Assembly (NCBI GenBank): GCA_902785935.1 | Contig: CADAAN010000005.1 | Coordinates: 1-60,396, forward strand | DNA: 60,396 nt | Origin: an uncultured Pseudomonadota bacterium | GTDB taxonomy: Bacteria; Pseudomonadota; Alphaproteobacteria; RF32; CAG-239 | Reading direction: 5' to 3' | Part shown: positions 48,634-58,804 of the stretch, piece by piece | How positions within the stretch are numbered: the stretch's first letter is position 1 | Layout of the letters: each line of letters begins with the position of its first letter | The notes under the pieces: model-generated | What the model was told of the DNA's origin: nothing | Databases searched by the model: none | What the model saw: the letters and a program-made list of their open reading frames with translations, nothing else | Translations under genes and position numbers: made by a program

Positions 48634-48978
48634 TCATTTCTTTTGCATCCTGTTTTGCATATTCTTCCATAATGCGTTCATCTTCTTTTCTTTTCGAAAC
48701 CAATACCCGAATTCTTGCTTTAATTTTTCAGAATACTGCGAAACCTCAATCAAATTCAAGTGTTCATCATTTTGCATATGAGCTGACCAATCGGCATAAT
48801 TCGGCGCATAAATATCACCCGTTTTTTCATCAACAAACATATGCAATCCGGTTTCTTTATGCATGGCTGAAAAGATATGTTCACCATCACCTTTCCTGAC
48901 CCAATCTTTTAAGATTTGTTCACCGTTGTCTTCAATTTCTTTTGTTGAGCGGTAAAACATTATTTTATTTTTATCCAT
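48634..48978 (-). CDS. Hypothetical small protein (114 aa), possibly frameshifted at its 3' end
   Basis: Start overlaps the mfd stop by 8 nt. A second frame stays open and coding-like down to 48560. Confidence 0.5.
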   Translation of the reverse strand: MDKNKIMFYRSTKEIEDNGEQILKDWVRKGDGEHIFSAMHKETGLHMFVDEKTGDIYAPNYADWSAHMQNDEHLNLIEVSQYSEKLKQEFGYWFRKEKKMNALWKNMQNRMQKK

Positions 48979-51900
48979 ATTGTTTTCCTTTTTTCAAAAA
49001 ACTTGCTAAAAGTGTAACATATTTTTTGATAATTTCAAGACGTTTTTTATAATTTGTCAAATCGCCTTCAATTAAAAGTTTTTGATCCGGCCTGATTTTA
49101 ACAACACCGAATGAACGATTAACCAAATCCATCAGTGACCCGACCGCATTATACACATTGTTGCGAAATGCAATCAAAATCCCCTTAGCTCCGGCCTCAA
49201 TCTTTGAAATACCGGCTTGTTTGCAAAGTTGCTTGATTTCAATTGTTGCAAGCAAATTATCAACCTCGCTCGGAATTTTACCAAATCTGTCCACAAGTTC
49301 GGCTTTCATATCCAAAAGTTCTTCATTTGTTTTTATTGCGCCGATTCGCTTATAAAGCCCTAACCTCACACCTAAATCTTTGACATAACTTTCCGGTATC
49401 ATAATCGGAATGCCCGTCATTAACTGGACATTATAATCATCGTCCGGCTTTTTATCTGTTTGTCCTGCATTTAAGGCTTTTTGACGTGCAATTTCTTCAG
49501 AAAGCATATGATGATAAAGGCTGATGCCGACATCTTTGATGTGGCCGGACTGTTCGGTACCCAAAACATTGCCAGACCCCCTGATATCCATATCGTGCGA
49601 AGCAAGCGAAAAGCCGGCGCCCAACGTATCTAAGGCCGACAAAATTTCAAGCCTTTTTAAGGCAACGGGTTTTAATTTCTTTTTTTCGGGCACCGTAAAA
49701 TAGCAATATCCCCTCACCTTTGATCTGCCGATACGCCCCCTTAATTGATAAAGTTGCGCAAGCCCGAACATATCGGCACGATAAATAATCATCGTATTGA
49801 CGCTTGGCATATCAATACCCGATTCAATAATCGTTGTTGAAAGCAAAACATCATATTTTTTAAGCGCAAAATTACTCATCACATCTTCAAGATCTCTGAC
49901 ATTCATCTGCCCATGTGCAACGGCAACTTTGATATCCGAAGACATCTCGTTTAACGTTTTTTCAAGCTCTGCAATATCCGACACCCTCGGACAAACAAAA
50001 AACGTCTGCCCGCCGCGATTCTTTTCACGCAAAATCGCCTCTTTAATCATCACTTTATCAAAGGGCATCACAAATGTACGAGCCGCCATACGATCAACCG
50101 GCGGAGTTGCGATGATGCTTAAATTTTTAACTCCTGTCAACGAAAGTTGCAATGTCCTCGGGATAGGTGTTGCACTCAAGGTCAATACATGCACGTCCGT
50201 TTTGAGCTTTTTAAGTTTTTCTTTATGTTTAACCCCAAAATGCTGTTCTTCATCAATAATCAACAGCCCCAAATTACAAAATTCGATATTTTCTGACAAG
50301 ATGGCATGAGTTGCAATCACGATTTCAACCGAACCTGATTTTAAGCCATCAATCGTTTCTTTGGCTTCTTTTTTCGGAGTGAGCCTTGAGAGCATCCTCA
50401 CTTTCACGGGAAAAGACGCAAGTCTTTCTTTAAAATTAAGATAATGTTGACGCGCCAAAAGTGTCGTCGGAACAATCAGTGCCACCTGAGCTCCGCTCAT
50501 TGCAACAACAAAAGCCGCACGAAGCGCAACTTCCGTCTTTCCAAAGCCGACATCACCGCAAATAAGCCTATCCATCGGTCGGCCTGTATTCAAGTCCGCC
50601 AAGACATCGCTGATTGCCTTTTGTTGGTCTTCGGTTTCATGATATTCAAAGCGAGCGCAAAAATCATCATAAGCCCCTTGCGGCGGCATAAAGCAATCTG
50701 CCGTTTTCAGCTCGCGTTCTGCCGCAATTTTAATCAGGCTTGCGGCGATTTCTTTAATTTTTTCCTTGACTTTGCCCTTTTTGGCCTCCCAAGCCGTTGA
50801 GCCGAGCGTATCAAGGGTGATATTTTCATCATCCGAACCATATCTTGAAATCAGTTCAATATTTTCAACGGGAACAAAAAGCTTGTCATCACCTGCGTAC
50901 AAAATTTTAAGGCAATCATGCGCCGCACCGTTGACCGTAATATTTTCAAGCCCGACAAAGCGCCCTAAACCATGCTCGATATGTACCACGAGTTCACCTG
51001 AGCTTAAACTTGATACATCCGAAATAAAATCCTCTGCTTTAACTTTGCGCGCACGCCTGTTCTGCCGCACACCGAAAATATCGCTTTGAGCCACAACGCA
51101 AAGCTCATTTGTCTTAAAACCGTGATTGATATCAAGCAAAACAAGTGCCGTCTTTTTCAATTTTGCAATTTCAAGTGCATTGGTGTATGTATCGGCTGAG
51201 GCTATATTGTTAATGCCGTATTCTGCCGCCATAGAGATAAATTTTTCGCGTTCTCCGGCACTTGAAAAACACACTATTCGTTTTAATTTTGCTTGAGAAG
51301 CCAAATAATCGCCTAAATCTTCAAACACCTGTGCAACAGAAACATTTTTAGCATGCGCAAAATCACGCGCCGGCAAAATTTTCATATCAACAAGGTCCGT
51401 TTTTGCGGGCATGCTTAAGTCACTTAAAAATATTGCATTTTTAGAAGACACATTTTGCAAAAACTCTGCCTTTGTCATATAGAGCAATTCCGGCTTAATC
51501 GGACGATATATAAGATCATCTGAGGTTTTTTTGATATTTAAGGCCTCAAGACGAGCCGTATAATAATCAATAATACTTTCTTCTTTAGCGTCAATCGAAG
51601 CTTCAATATTTTGGCTTAAAATCACATAAGCAGACGGAATATAATCAAAAATATCAGGAAGTTTTTCATCATAAAACAAAGGCAACCAGTTTTCATAACC
51701 GATATATTTGACGCCATTTGAGATACTTTCATAGAGTTCATCTTTTAAGGCTGAAGCGCCAAAATTTTCAATATATGCACTTCTGAAATTTTTAATCGCT
51801 TTTTCATCCAAAATCACCTCACCGCCGGCATCAAAATCAAAACTTTCAAGTGTACCTGTCGTGCGTTGTGTCATCACATCAAAAGTGCGGATTTTTTCAA

Positions 51901-52516
51901 TCAAATCATCAAATAAATCAAGCCGCAACGGCGTATTAAAAGAAGACGGAAAGATGTCAATAATATCACCGCGAATAGCATATTCTGAAGGTTCCATCAC
52001 CTGTTCAACCTTTGAATACCCGTTAATGCTTGCATAATGGATAAAGTCATTATAGTCAAATTTAGAGCCGACTTTGATGGTCTTTTTAGAGTTTAAGAAA
52101 ATCTTTTTTGGCGGCAATTTTTGTAATACAGAACCGACGCTTGCCACAATGACACGCGCTTTTTCAGAGGTCGGAAAAAACGCAAGTTCAGAAAGTGTTT
52201 CGATTCGTTTTGAAATAATATTGGCATTTGGCGAAACTCTGTCATAAGGCACGGTATCCCACGCCGGCAGTGTCAAAACTTTTGTTTGCGGCGATAAAAA
52301 AGCCAAAACATTTTCAATCTCTTGCATTTCCTGACCATTGCTTGCTATAAACAAAATATCGTTTTTGCTTGTTTTAATCAGGTCTGCAAGCAAAAATGCG
52401 TTATAGCTCAACGGCACGGAAGATAAAGTTTTGCCAAGATATGCCTCAATATTTTTTTCCATAGAAAGAGGTATAATCGATTTTAATCTACGAATCAACA
52501 AAAAAGCGCAGCTCAT
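48971..52516 (-). CDS. mfd: Transcription-repair coupling factor Mfd
   Basis: UvrB-homology N-terminus, a CarD-like region, the superfamily 2 helicase motifs (GDVGFGKTEVA, DEEQHFG, LSATPIPRT) and a TRG motif region. The start may be ATG 52462. Confidence 0.95.
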   Translation of the reverse strand: MSCAFLLIRRLKSIIPLSMEKNIEAYLGKTLSSVPLSYNAFLLADLIKTSKNDILFIASNGQEMQEIENVLAFLSPQTKVLTLPAWDTVPYDRVSPNANIISKRIETLSELAFFPTSEKARVIVASVGSVLQKLPPKKIFLNSKKTIKVGSKFDYNDFIHYASINGYSKVEQVMEPSEYAIRGDIIDIFPSSFNTPLRLDLFDDLIEKIRTFDVMTQRTTGTLESFDFDAGGEVILDEKAIKNFRSAYIENFGASALKDELYESISNGVKYIGYENWLPLFYDEKLPDIFDYIPSAYVILSQNIEASIDAKEESIIDYYTARLEALNIKKTSDDLIYRPIKPELLYMTKAEFLQNVSSKNAIFLSDLSMPAKTDLVDMKILPARDFAHAKNVSVAQVFEDLGDYLASQAKLKRIVCFSSAGEREKFISMAAEYGINNIASADTYTNALEIAKLKKTALVLLDINHGFKTNELCVVAQSDIFGVRQNRRARKVKAEDFISDVSSLSSGELVVHIEHGLGRFVGLENITVNGAAHDCLKILYAGDDKLFVPVENIELISRYGSDDENITLDTLGSTAWEAKKGKVKEKIKEIAASLIKIAAERELKTADCFMPPQGAYDDFCARFEYHETEDQQKAISDVLADLNTGRPMDRLICGDVGFGKTEVALRAAFVVAMSGAQVALIVPTTLLARQHYLNFKERLASFPVKVRMLSRLTPKKEAKETIDGLKSGSVEIVIATHAILSENIEFCNLGLLIIDEEQHFGVKHKEKLKKLKTDVHVLTLSATPIPRTLQLSLTGVKNLSIIATPPVDRMAARTFVMPFDKVMIKEAILREKNRGGQTFFVCPRVSDIAELEKTLNEMSSDIKVAVAHGQMNVRDLEDVMSNFALKKYDVLLSTTIIESGIDMPSVNTMIIYRADMFGLAQLYQLRGRIGRSKVRGYCYFTVPEKKKLKPVALKRLEILSALDTLGAGFSLASHDMDIRGSGNVLGTEQSGHIKDVGISLYHHMLSEEIARQKALNAGQTDKKPDDDYNVQLMTGIPIMIPESYVKDLGVRLGLYKRIGAIKTNEELLDMKAELVDRFGKIPSEVDNLLATIEIKQLCKQAGISKIEAGAKGILIAFRNNVYNAVGSLMDLVNRSFGVVKIRPDQKLLIEGDLTNYKKRLEIIKKYVTLLASFLKKGKQYG

Positions 52517-52544
52517 CGCAACGCTTTTTATTGTTTTATATATC

Positions 52545-53492
52545 TTAGCGATACTTTATTTTAAAAGAATTAACTTTACCTGCGACCTGATTGGCCTCAT
52601 CAATGGTGTAAATTTTTTTATTCCTAAAACCAATAATATTATTATCAGCATCTAAAATTGTAACACTTCCATCAGGTTTTATGATTTCTTGCTTTGATGG
52701 TAGCGCATTTCCTTTTACAAGATCTTCAAGAGAAGCATATTTTTCCCCTCCGTATTCTAAAATTTTCCCATCAGAGCTTGCTTCTATAAGAGCAGGACAT
52801 TCATCTTCGTCACACAAGCCTTCTTCTTGCAAAAATGCCATTTGAGCTTCGTATAATGAACTAAACCAACGTCCATCATCATAAAACATGTCATCAAAAT
52901 AAAAATAATACATTTCTTGTGAACCGCAAAAATAAATTCCACCATCTTCTTTTGTATACCATTCCAGATTGGTTGTTCCTTTCTTGGGATTTAATATTCT
53001 TCCATCGTTCATCCAAGAAGAACCTTCTGGAATAAACATAGCTTCTATAGATATATAATCAAATGCTCCATTTTTTACTTCCGTAACCGAATCCGGAACA
53101 ACCAATGCATCTGATTTAAGTCCTGCAAACGAATATTTTCCTATTGAATTTAAGGAATTTGGTAAAGATACGTACTCTAAATCATAAGATTCAAAACAAT
53201 CTCCATGAGCACAGTGGCCAAAAGCATAATTTCCAATATTTTGGATGCCTTCTGCAACATAAATGTTAGTTATATCAGGCACATAAGATTTCCATGGTAC
53301 ATCATCTTGATGCTCATAATCATCCATTACGGCTGTATCTCCGTTTGTCGGCTCGATGATTAAAGTGTAATCATTACCAATTTTCCAACTGCAATTTGTA
53401 CCGCACGTACCACCCTCTGCAACAAGTGCATTTGTTTGTGTGGATGAAAACATTCCGATAAAAAATGTAAATACAAGAATTTTATTTTTCAT
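52545..53492 (-). CDS. Secreted LRR-containing protein with C-terminal tag
   Basis: Signal peptide MKNKILVFTFFIGMFSSTQTNA. CGTNCSWKI...PW N-terminal module as in the other members. LRR units such as IQNIGNYAF, LPNSLNSIGKYSF. Ends KKIYTIDEANQVAGKVNSFKIKYR*. Confidence 0.8.
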   Translation of the reverse strand: MKNKILVFTFFIGMFSSTQTNALVAEGGTCGTNCSWKIGNDYTLIIEPTNGDTAVMDDYEHQDDVPWKSYVPDITNIYVAEGIQNIGNYAFGHCAHGDCFESYDLEYVSLPNSLNSIGKYSFAGLKSDALVVPDSVTEVKNGAFDYISIEAMFIPEGSSWMNDGRILNPKKGTTNLEWYTKEDGGIYFCGSQEMYYFYFDDMFYDDGRWFSSLYEAQMAFLQEEGLCDEDECPALIEASSDGKILEYGGEKYASLEDLVKGNALPSKQEIIKPDGSVTILDADNNIIGFRNKKIYTIDEANQVAGKVNSFKIKYR

Positions 53493-53520
53493 ATTTTTTC
53501 TCCTTATTTTTTACGTCATT

Positions 53521-53768
53521 AAAAAAAGTCGCACCTTATAGAGCGACGGGGAGTGTGAAAATCATGTAATGGAAAATGACTCTGGTGACCTTTAGGTAAA
53601 CCTTGTACATTCGTCGCCAGCTCCCCGAGCATTTTTCGGGGATATTCGTGTTTAAAAATAAAAAAACACTATAAAGTTACAGTGTATCTATCACTGTCCA
53701 TTACAAAGGCTTTCACAAGCCCCGCACCCTATCAGGGTACTTGATAGAAAAATCACTTTTTCCATCCG
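53521..53768 (-). promoter_or_regulatory. Structured two-terminator 5' leader RNA, family copy E
   Basis: Minus strand reads AUCGGAUGGAAAAAG..UCAAGUACCCUGAUAGGGUGCGGGGCUU..AAGCC, terminator 1 ACACU/AGUGU + U7 (53655-53685), AUCCCCGA/CUCGGGGAG hairpin, CUGGCGAC...GUCACCAG helix enclosing GAAUGUACA..CUAAAG, AGUCAUUU, AUGAUU, CUCCCC, and terminator 2 GUCGC/GCGAC + U7 (53521-53547). Confidence 0.78.
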
Positions 53769-53774
53769 ATGGCT

Positions 53775-53803
53775 ATTATCGCATAGTAAATAACAAATGT
53801 CAA
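53775..53803 (-). promoter_or_regulatory. Putative sigma70 promoter of leader copy E
   Basis: On the minus strand: TTGACA (53803-53798), 17-nt spacer, GATAAT (53780-53775). Confidence 0.55.
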
Positions 53804-53816
53804 ACAAAAATATTTT

Positions 53817-54872
53817 TTATTGTCTGAAATATACCGGCAATTGAAAAACATTTTCCAAAAAGAAAAGCGAAATAAAGCAAATCAGCATGGCCGTCAAAGG
53901 TGTTGTCAGCCAGCCGGCAACAATACGAAATGTAATTGACCAATTAATACCTTTACCTCCTTTAAGCAAACCAATACCTAAAATTGCGCCGATAACGGCC
54001 TGCGTGCTTGAAACAGGAACAAGAGGCAAAGCAGGGATACCGGCTGTCATTAAAGTATTTCGCAATCCTTGAGATGAAAACAAAAACAGTACCAATGCCT
54101 CAGATAAAACGACAATAAATGCAATAAACGGGGACATCTTCATCACACTTTTACCGACGGTTGCCATGACTTTTTGAGAATAGGTAAAAATACCGACGGA
54201 AATAGCAATTGCACCTAAAAAGAATAAGACTTGTTCGGGTGAAAACGTTAACGCATTGATTCTGAGAACTTCAAAGGGAGCTGTCTTTACAAATACACCC
54301 ATAACATTTGCAATATTGTTTGCCCCGAGTGCATAGGTACAAAATGCACCGGCAAATACAAAACCTGTTTTGATAAGCTGATATTGTTTTAAGACATGAA
54401 GATGCATGAGATGAAAAGCTTTTTTGAGTACAAAATAGAGCACAACGGCAAGAAAAGCCGCCAAAATCGGACAAAGTACCCATCCTGTCATAATGCTTGT
54501 TAAAACAGAAAAATCAGTCTGATGGCCTACATATATATTCCAAGCGATAATACTACCGACTATTGCTTGTGATGTTGAAGTCGTCAAGCCCGTTCTTGCC
54601 ATAAAATAAACGCTTAAACCTGCAGATAACGCCACCATAAATGCACCGGCAACGGCATTGACTTCGCCTAATTTTGTTAAAGTTTCGGTTGTCGCGGCAC
54701 CGCCAAAAACGGCACCTAATATAATAAAAATACTTGCAATGACTGCGGCTGTTTTAAATTTAAGCATTTTTGAACCGACGGCCGCTCCGAAAATGTTTGA
54801 CACATCATTGGCGCCTAAAGACCAGCCTAAAAACAAACCGCTTGATAGAAAAAACAGGTATATCGGACTCAT
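53817..54872 (-). CDS. PiT-family inorganic phosphate transporter
   Basis: GANDVSNIFGAAVGS and a second GANNIANVMG repeat, about 10 TM segments. Confidence 0.9.
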   Translation of the reverse strand: MSPIYLFFLSSGLFLGWSLGANDVSNIFGAAVGSKMLKFKTAAVIASIFIILGAVFGGAATTETLTKLGEVNAVAGAFMVALSAGLSVYFMARTGLTTSTSQAIVGSIIAWNIYVGHQTDFSVLTSIMTGWVLCPILAAFLAVVLYFVLKKAFHLMHLHVLKQYQLIKTGFVFAGAFCTYALGANNIANVMGVFVKTAPFEVLRINALTFSPEQVLFFLGAIAISVGIFTYSQKVMATVGKSVMKMSPFIAFIVVLSEALVLFLFSSQGLRNTLMTAGIPALPLVPVSSTQAVIGAILGIGLLKGGKGINWSITFRIVAGWLTTPLTAMLICFISLFFLENVFQLPVYFRQ

Positions 54873-54875
54873 TTT

Positions 54876-55535
54876 TTATATATCCCTTTTGATGACATAA
54901 ATCAAAAGCTGATCGATGCAATTTTCAGCCAAATCCGCAATATCCGCGACTTCGCTCAAAAAAGTTTTGAGCTGCAATTTATGTGCAAGCTCTATGTCGG
55001 AAGAAAAAATTTCATCAACCAATTTTGCAGTCGTTTTGTCACTCTCATGCTCAAGCAAATAGACTTTCTTGGAATAATTGCGTACGGATGAAAAATCTTT
55101 GAAAAATGCACGTGAAGCAAAGGCTAAATTTTCAGCACATTGACAAACCTCATTAACAAGTTCTAGAAGCTGTTCATGATATGTTTCAGGGATAATGGGA
55201 CGCTCAAGGTAAAAACCATGAGCCACTTCATCAAATTCGTTGATGACTTTATCAAGATTTTCAACAAGCTCTAAAACATCGCCCCTGAAATCGGGAATGA
55301 GATTTTGCGCATAAAGACGATTTTCGATATCACGTCGTAAAACATCGGCCTCATGCTCGATTGTTTTGATTTCTTTACTGAGTTTGCGATAATTTTGGCT
55401 TCGTTGTTCTTTTAAGAATAAATGCACGGCTTTTTTGAAGACCATTGATATTTCGATGATTTTATCGTGCAGTTCATCAATCTTTTGCTCTAATTCATTT
55501 GTGTGTGAAAAAATCGGCATTTTGATATGAAACAT
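54876..55535 (-). CDS. DUF47/PhoU-like phosphate transport regulator
   Basis: All-helical, about 205-219 aa, directly upstream of the PiT gene. This is the usual pairing for the family. Confidence 0.7.
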   Translation of the reverse strand: MFHIKMPIFSHTNELEQKIDELHDKIIEISMVFKKAVHLFLKEQRSQNYRKLSKEIKTIEHEADVLRRDIENRLYAQNLIPDFRGDVLELVENLDKVINEFDEVAHGFYLERPIIPETYHEQLLELVNEVCQCAENLAFASRAFFKDFSSVRNYSKKVYLLEHESDKTTAKLVDEIFSSDIELAHKLQLKTFLSEVADIADLAENCIDQLLIYVIKRDI

Positions 55536-55645
55536 TTTTTCCTCGTTTTAATTGTTATTATTTTTCCATTTTAACTTGCTAATTATGAAAAAAGAGTATA
55601 GATTAAATTTGTTTTTGAATTTAGTCATTTTAGGAAAGGAAAAAC

Positions 55646-56407
55646 ATGAAAAATTCATTATATATTTCCATTGTCGCACTTGTCGTTTCAGTTGCGACGG
55701 CACTTTGTGTGTTTTTATGTTGCTGCTGCAATCATCAATATCAAAAACCGATGCTCAAATCTGCACCGGTTGCATTGAACGTTGATGATGTTCGTACACT
55801 GCTTGAAAACAATCCGGAAATTGTCGTCAATGCTTTGCAAAGATATGAACAAGTTCAGCGTGAAGCTCAATTGCAAGAAGCTTCTCGCTTGTTCAAAGAA
55901 AACATTGAAGAACTCAACAATAATGCAAATTCGCCGTTTGTCGGTCCGAAAGATGCAAAGATTGTTTTGGTTGAATTCTTTGATTTTTCATGCGGCTATT
56001 GCAAGAGATTAGCTCCTGCTGTTGAAGAAATCGTCAAGAAAAATAAAGACATCAAAGTTGTCTTTAAGCCGATTACATTCGTTGCACCGATTTCAAAATA
56101 TGCCGCTCAAGCTGCTTTGGCTGCAAATGAACAAGGTAAATTTATGGATATGTACAAAGTTATGCTTAGTGCAGATTCCAAATTGACGGAAGAAACAATC
56201 AACGCTATGGCTGAGAAAGCCGGTCTTGATATGAAGAAATTCAAAGAAGCCGTCAATTCAGACAAAGTCTTGAACACAATTTCGGAAGTTGCAAAATTGT
56301 CAGAAAAATTGCAAATCCGCGGTGTCCCGACACTTGTTTTGAATGGTTCTCAAATTCAAGTGATTGATGAAGCCGGTATTCAGGCTGAAATTGATCGTTT
56401 GAAATAA
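55646..56407 (+). CDS. DsbA-family thiol:disulfide oxidoreductase (membrane-anchored)
   Basis: N-terminal TM segment, FFDFSCGYCKRL CxxC motif, RGVPTLVLNG cis-Pro loop. Confidence 0.85.
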   Translation: MKNSLYISIVALVVSVATALCVFLCCCCNHQYQKPMLKSAPVALNVDDVRTLLENNPEIVVNALQRYEQVQREAQLQEASRLFKENIEELNNNANSPFVGPKDAKIVLVEFFDFSCGYCKRLAPAVEEIVKKNKDIKVVFKPITFVAPISKYAAQAALAANEQGKFMDMYKVMLSADSKLTEETINAMAEKAGLDMKKFKEAVNSDKVLNTISEVAKLSEKLQIRGVPTLVLNGSQIQVIDEAGIQAEIDRLK

Positions 56408-56497
56408 TTGATTGAATATAAAAAAAGTCCGCTTCATTTGAGGCGGATTTTTTTTAATTGATATGTAAAAATTAACAAATTGCCTGACATCAATTCC

Positions 56498-56545
56498 AAT
56501 TTTGTCGCAGGTTCGACAAATACCTTTTCGATTCGCTATCGGTAA
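56498..56545 (+). pseudogene. 15-codon remnant of the C-terminal tag
   Basis: aat ttt gtc gca ggt tcg aca aat acc ttt tcg att cgc tat cgg taa translates to NFVAGSTNTFSIRYR*. The frame is open only from 56462. Confidence 0.55.
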
Positions 56546-56659
56546 AGTGATAAGAAAAAATCATTTTTCCTTCACTTAAAATCAAAGCGGATATTTTGTG
56601 CATATTTTTAATAAATATTTAGACTTTTTTTGTTAATTGTAAGTTTGAAAGTTAAAAAT

Positions 56660-57547
56660 ATGCTCAAAAAAAGTGCTTTTGTATGGATATCTTGTATGCT
56701 TTTAACAGGCTGTGCCGCCGGTAGCGGTGGCGCGGATTGGGGTGCTTTTTATCATCGTCTTTTCGGATATTCGCCTGAAACGATTAAGGTTCAAAAAGGT
56801 GATACACTCTACAGTATTGCAAAGCGTTATGATATGTCGATTTCAGAGCTGATTGAGCTTAATGGTATTGACAGCCCCGATCAGCTTTATGTCGGGCAGG
56901 TTTTAAAGACAAGTTCAAGCAAATATTATACCGTCAAAAGAGGGGATACACTTGCTTCAATTGCCCGAAAATACGGCACGACATATCAGGATTTGGCTCA
57001 AAAAAATAATATAAAGCCACCATATGCCTTAAATGTCGGTCAAAAAATTGCATTGTCGGGTAAAGCAGAGACTTCTTTAATAACACAGACTTCAACAGCC
57101 AAAACAAAAACAGCCTCAAAATCAACAACAAAAACCTCATCTGCCGGCAGTTCATATGTTTCTGCCAAGCGTGCGGCTAAATTTGCCTGGCCGGTATCGG
57201 GCAAAGTGATTTCGTCTTTCGGTACAACAGGAAAGGGCCGTAAAAATGACGGTATCAACATTTCAGCACCGCTCGGTACATCGGTTAAAGCAGGTGATAA
57301 AGGAGTTGTTGCTTATGCCGGTAACGGATTAAAAGGGTTTGGCAACCTGATTTTAATTAAACATTCGGACGGATATATTACCGCTTATGCCCATAATGAC
57401 AAGATATTGGTCAAAAAGGGTCAAAGTGTCGTTAAAGGTGAAAAAATTGCGACAGTCGGTAAAACAGGAGGTGTCAACACACCGCAATTGCATTTTGAGG
57501 TACGTGCAGGTAAAAAGGCTGTTAATCCGCGCAATTATCTGCCTTAA
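56660..57547 (+). CDS. LysM + M23 peptidase lipoprotein (NlpD-like)
   Basis: Lipobox LLTGC, two LysM repeats (VQKGDTLYSIAKRY, VKRGDTLASIARKY), and an M23 C-terminal domain (HSDGYITAYAHN, LHFEVR). Confidence 0.88.
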   Translation: MLKKSAFVWISCMLLTGCAAGSGGADWGAFYHRLFGYSPETIKVQKGDTLYSIAKRYDMSISELIELNGIDSPDQLYVGQVLKTSSSKYYTVKRGDTLASIARKYGTTYQDLAQKNNIKPPYALNVGQKIALSGKAETSLITQTSTAKTKTASKSTTKTSSAGSSYVSAKRAAKFAWPVSGKVISSFGTTGKGRKNDGINISAPLGTSVKAGDKGVVAYAGNGLKGFGNLILIKHSDGYITAYAHNDKILVKKGQSVVKGEKIATVGKTGGVNTPQLHFEVRAGKKAVNPRNYLP

Positions 57548-57673
57548 TCTCATGTTGTCCAAAATAAATTTGAACCGTTTAAAAACCTGTGAAAGACTCT
57601 TTTTTTTGATTTAAGAAAAGTATAAAATGTGCTATCTAAATACTTAGTTTAATATTTTTTAAGGTCGTGAAAA

Positions 57674-58792
57674 ATGAAGTTTACAATCGAAAGAGCTACT
57701 TTGCTTAAAACACTCAGCCATGTCCAAAGTATTGTTGAAAAGCGCAATACCATCCCTGTGCTATCAAATGTGCGTTTAGAGGCACTTGCCGATGCCATCA
57801 GCTTTAAGGCAACCGATATGGATACAGAAATTACCGAAATGACAGATGCCAAAATTGCCGAAAAAGGGGCAACAACGGCACCGGCACATATGCTTTATGA
57901 CATTGTCCGCAAATTAAGCGACGGCTCGGAAGTTGAGCTTGTTTTTCCGGATGAAAAAGGTCAGCTTTCGATATCTTCCGGACGTTCAAAATTTTCACTG
58001 CCGACAATCGCGGTTGAAGATTTTCCGGTGATTTCGGGTGATGAATTGCCCGTCAACTTCAATATTTTAAGAGAAGATTTGAAAGACGTGATTGATCGTA
58101 CGCAATTTGCAGCTTCTACCGAAGAGACAAGATATTATTTGAACGGTCTTTATATTCACGCCAAAACAGAAGGTGAAACAAAGGTTTTGCGCACGGTTGC
58201 GACGGACGGGCATCGTTTGGCCTGTGTTGAATCACCTTTGCCCACAGGGGCTGAAAAAGTCAGCGGTGTGATTATTCCGAGAAAGACGGTTGCTGAAATC
58301 AGAAAGCTTCTTGACGATTCAGACAGTGAAAATGTGGCACTTTCTTTGTCTGAAAATAAGATTCGTTTCAGCTTGAAAGATATCACGTTGACTTCAAAAT
58401 TAATCGACGGAACATACCCTGATTATGAACGCGTTATTCCGACAGGCAACGACAAGGTTTTAGAACTTTCGGCCAAAGAACTTTCAACGGCAGTTGACCG
58501 TGTTTCTGTTGTGGCAGAACGTACACGCGCCATTAAATTGATTACATCAAAAAATCATGTTGTTATCACAACATCAAGTCCGGATTTAGGCTCTGCTTTG
58601 GAAGAGCTTGAATCGACATATGATGCGGATTCACTTGAAGTCGGCTATAATTTCAGATATTTGCTTGATATTTTATCTGTGATTAAGGGTGATAATGTTC
58701 AACTTACATTTTCAGACGGAACATCGCCGTCAATTATCAGAGATACGGCCGATTCGTCTGCCATTTATGTTTTGATGCCGATGCGTGTTTAA
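57674..58792 (+). CDS. dnaN: DNA polymerase III beta sliding clamp
   Basis: MKFTIERATLLK..., ATDGHRLA and the typical 372-aa three-domain length. Followed by recF. Confidence 0.97.
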   Translation: MKFTIERATLLKTLSHVQSIVEKRNTIPVLSNVRLEALADAISFKATDMDTEITEMTDAKIAEKGATTAPAHMLYDIVRKLSDGSEVELVFPDEKGQLSISSGRSKFSLPTIAVEDFPVISGDELPVNFNILREDLKDVIDRTQFAASTEETRYYLNGLYIHAKTEGETKVLRTVATDGHRLACVESPLPTGAEKVSGVIIPRKTVAEIRKLLDDSDSENVALSLSENKIRFSLKDITLTSKLIDGTYPDYERVIPTGNDKVLELSAKELSTAVDRVSVVAERTRAIKLITSKNHVVITTSSPDLGSALEELESTYDADSLEVGYNFRYLLDILSVIKGDNVQLTFSDGTSPSIIRDTADSSAIYVLMPMRV

Positions 58793-58804
58793 CGCAGGTC
58801 AATC

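Noticed and set aside
48615-48899. Plus-strand 94-aa ORF
   Set aside because: It is antisense to the more plausible minus-strand gene that is coupled to mfd. The product is low-complexity and there is no RBS.
57548-57673. Possible replication origin or DnaA-box cluster upstream of dnaN
   Set aside because: There is no dnaA gene here, and I saw only weak single matches to TTATCCACA (for example TTGTCCAAA). This is not enough to call oriC.
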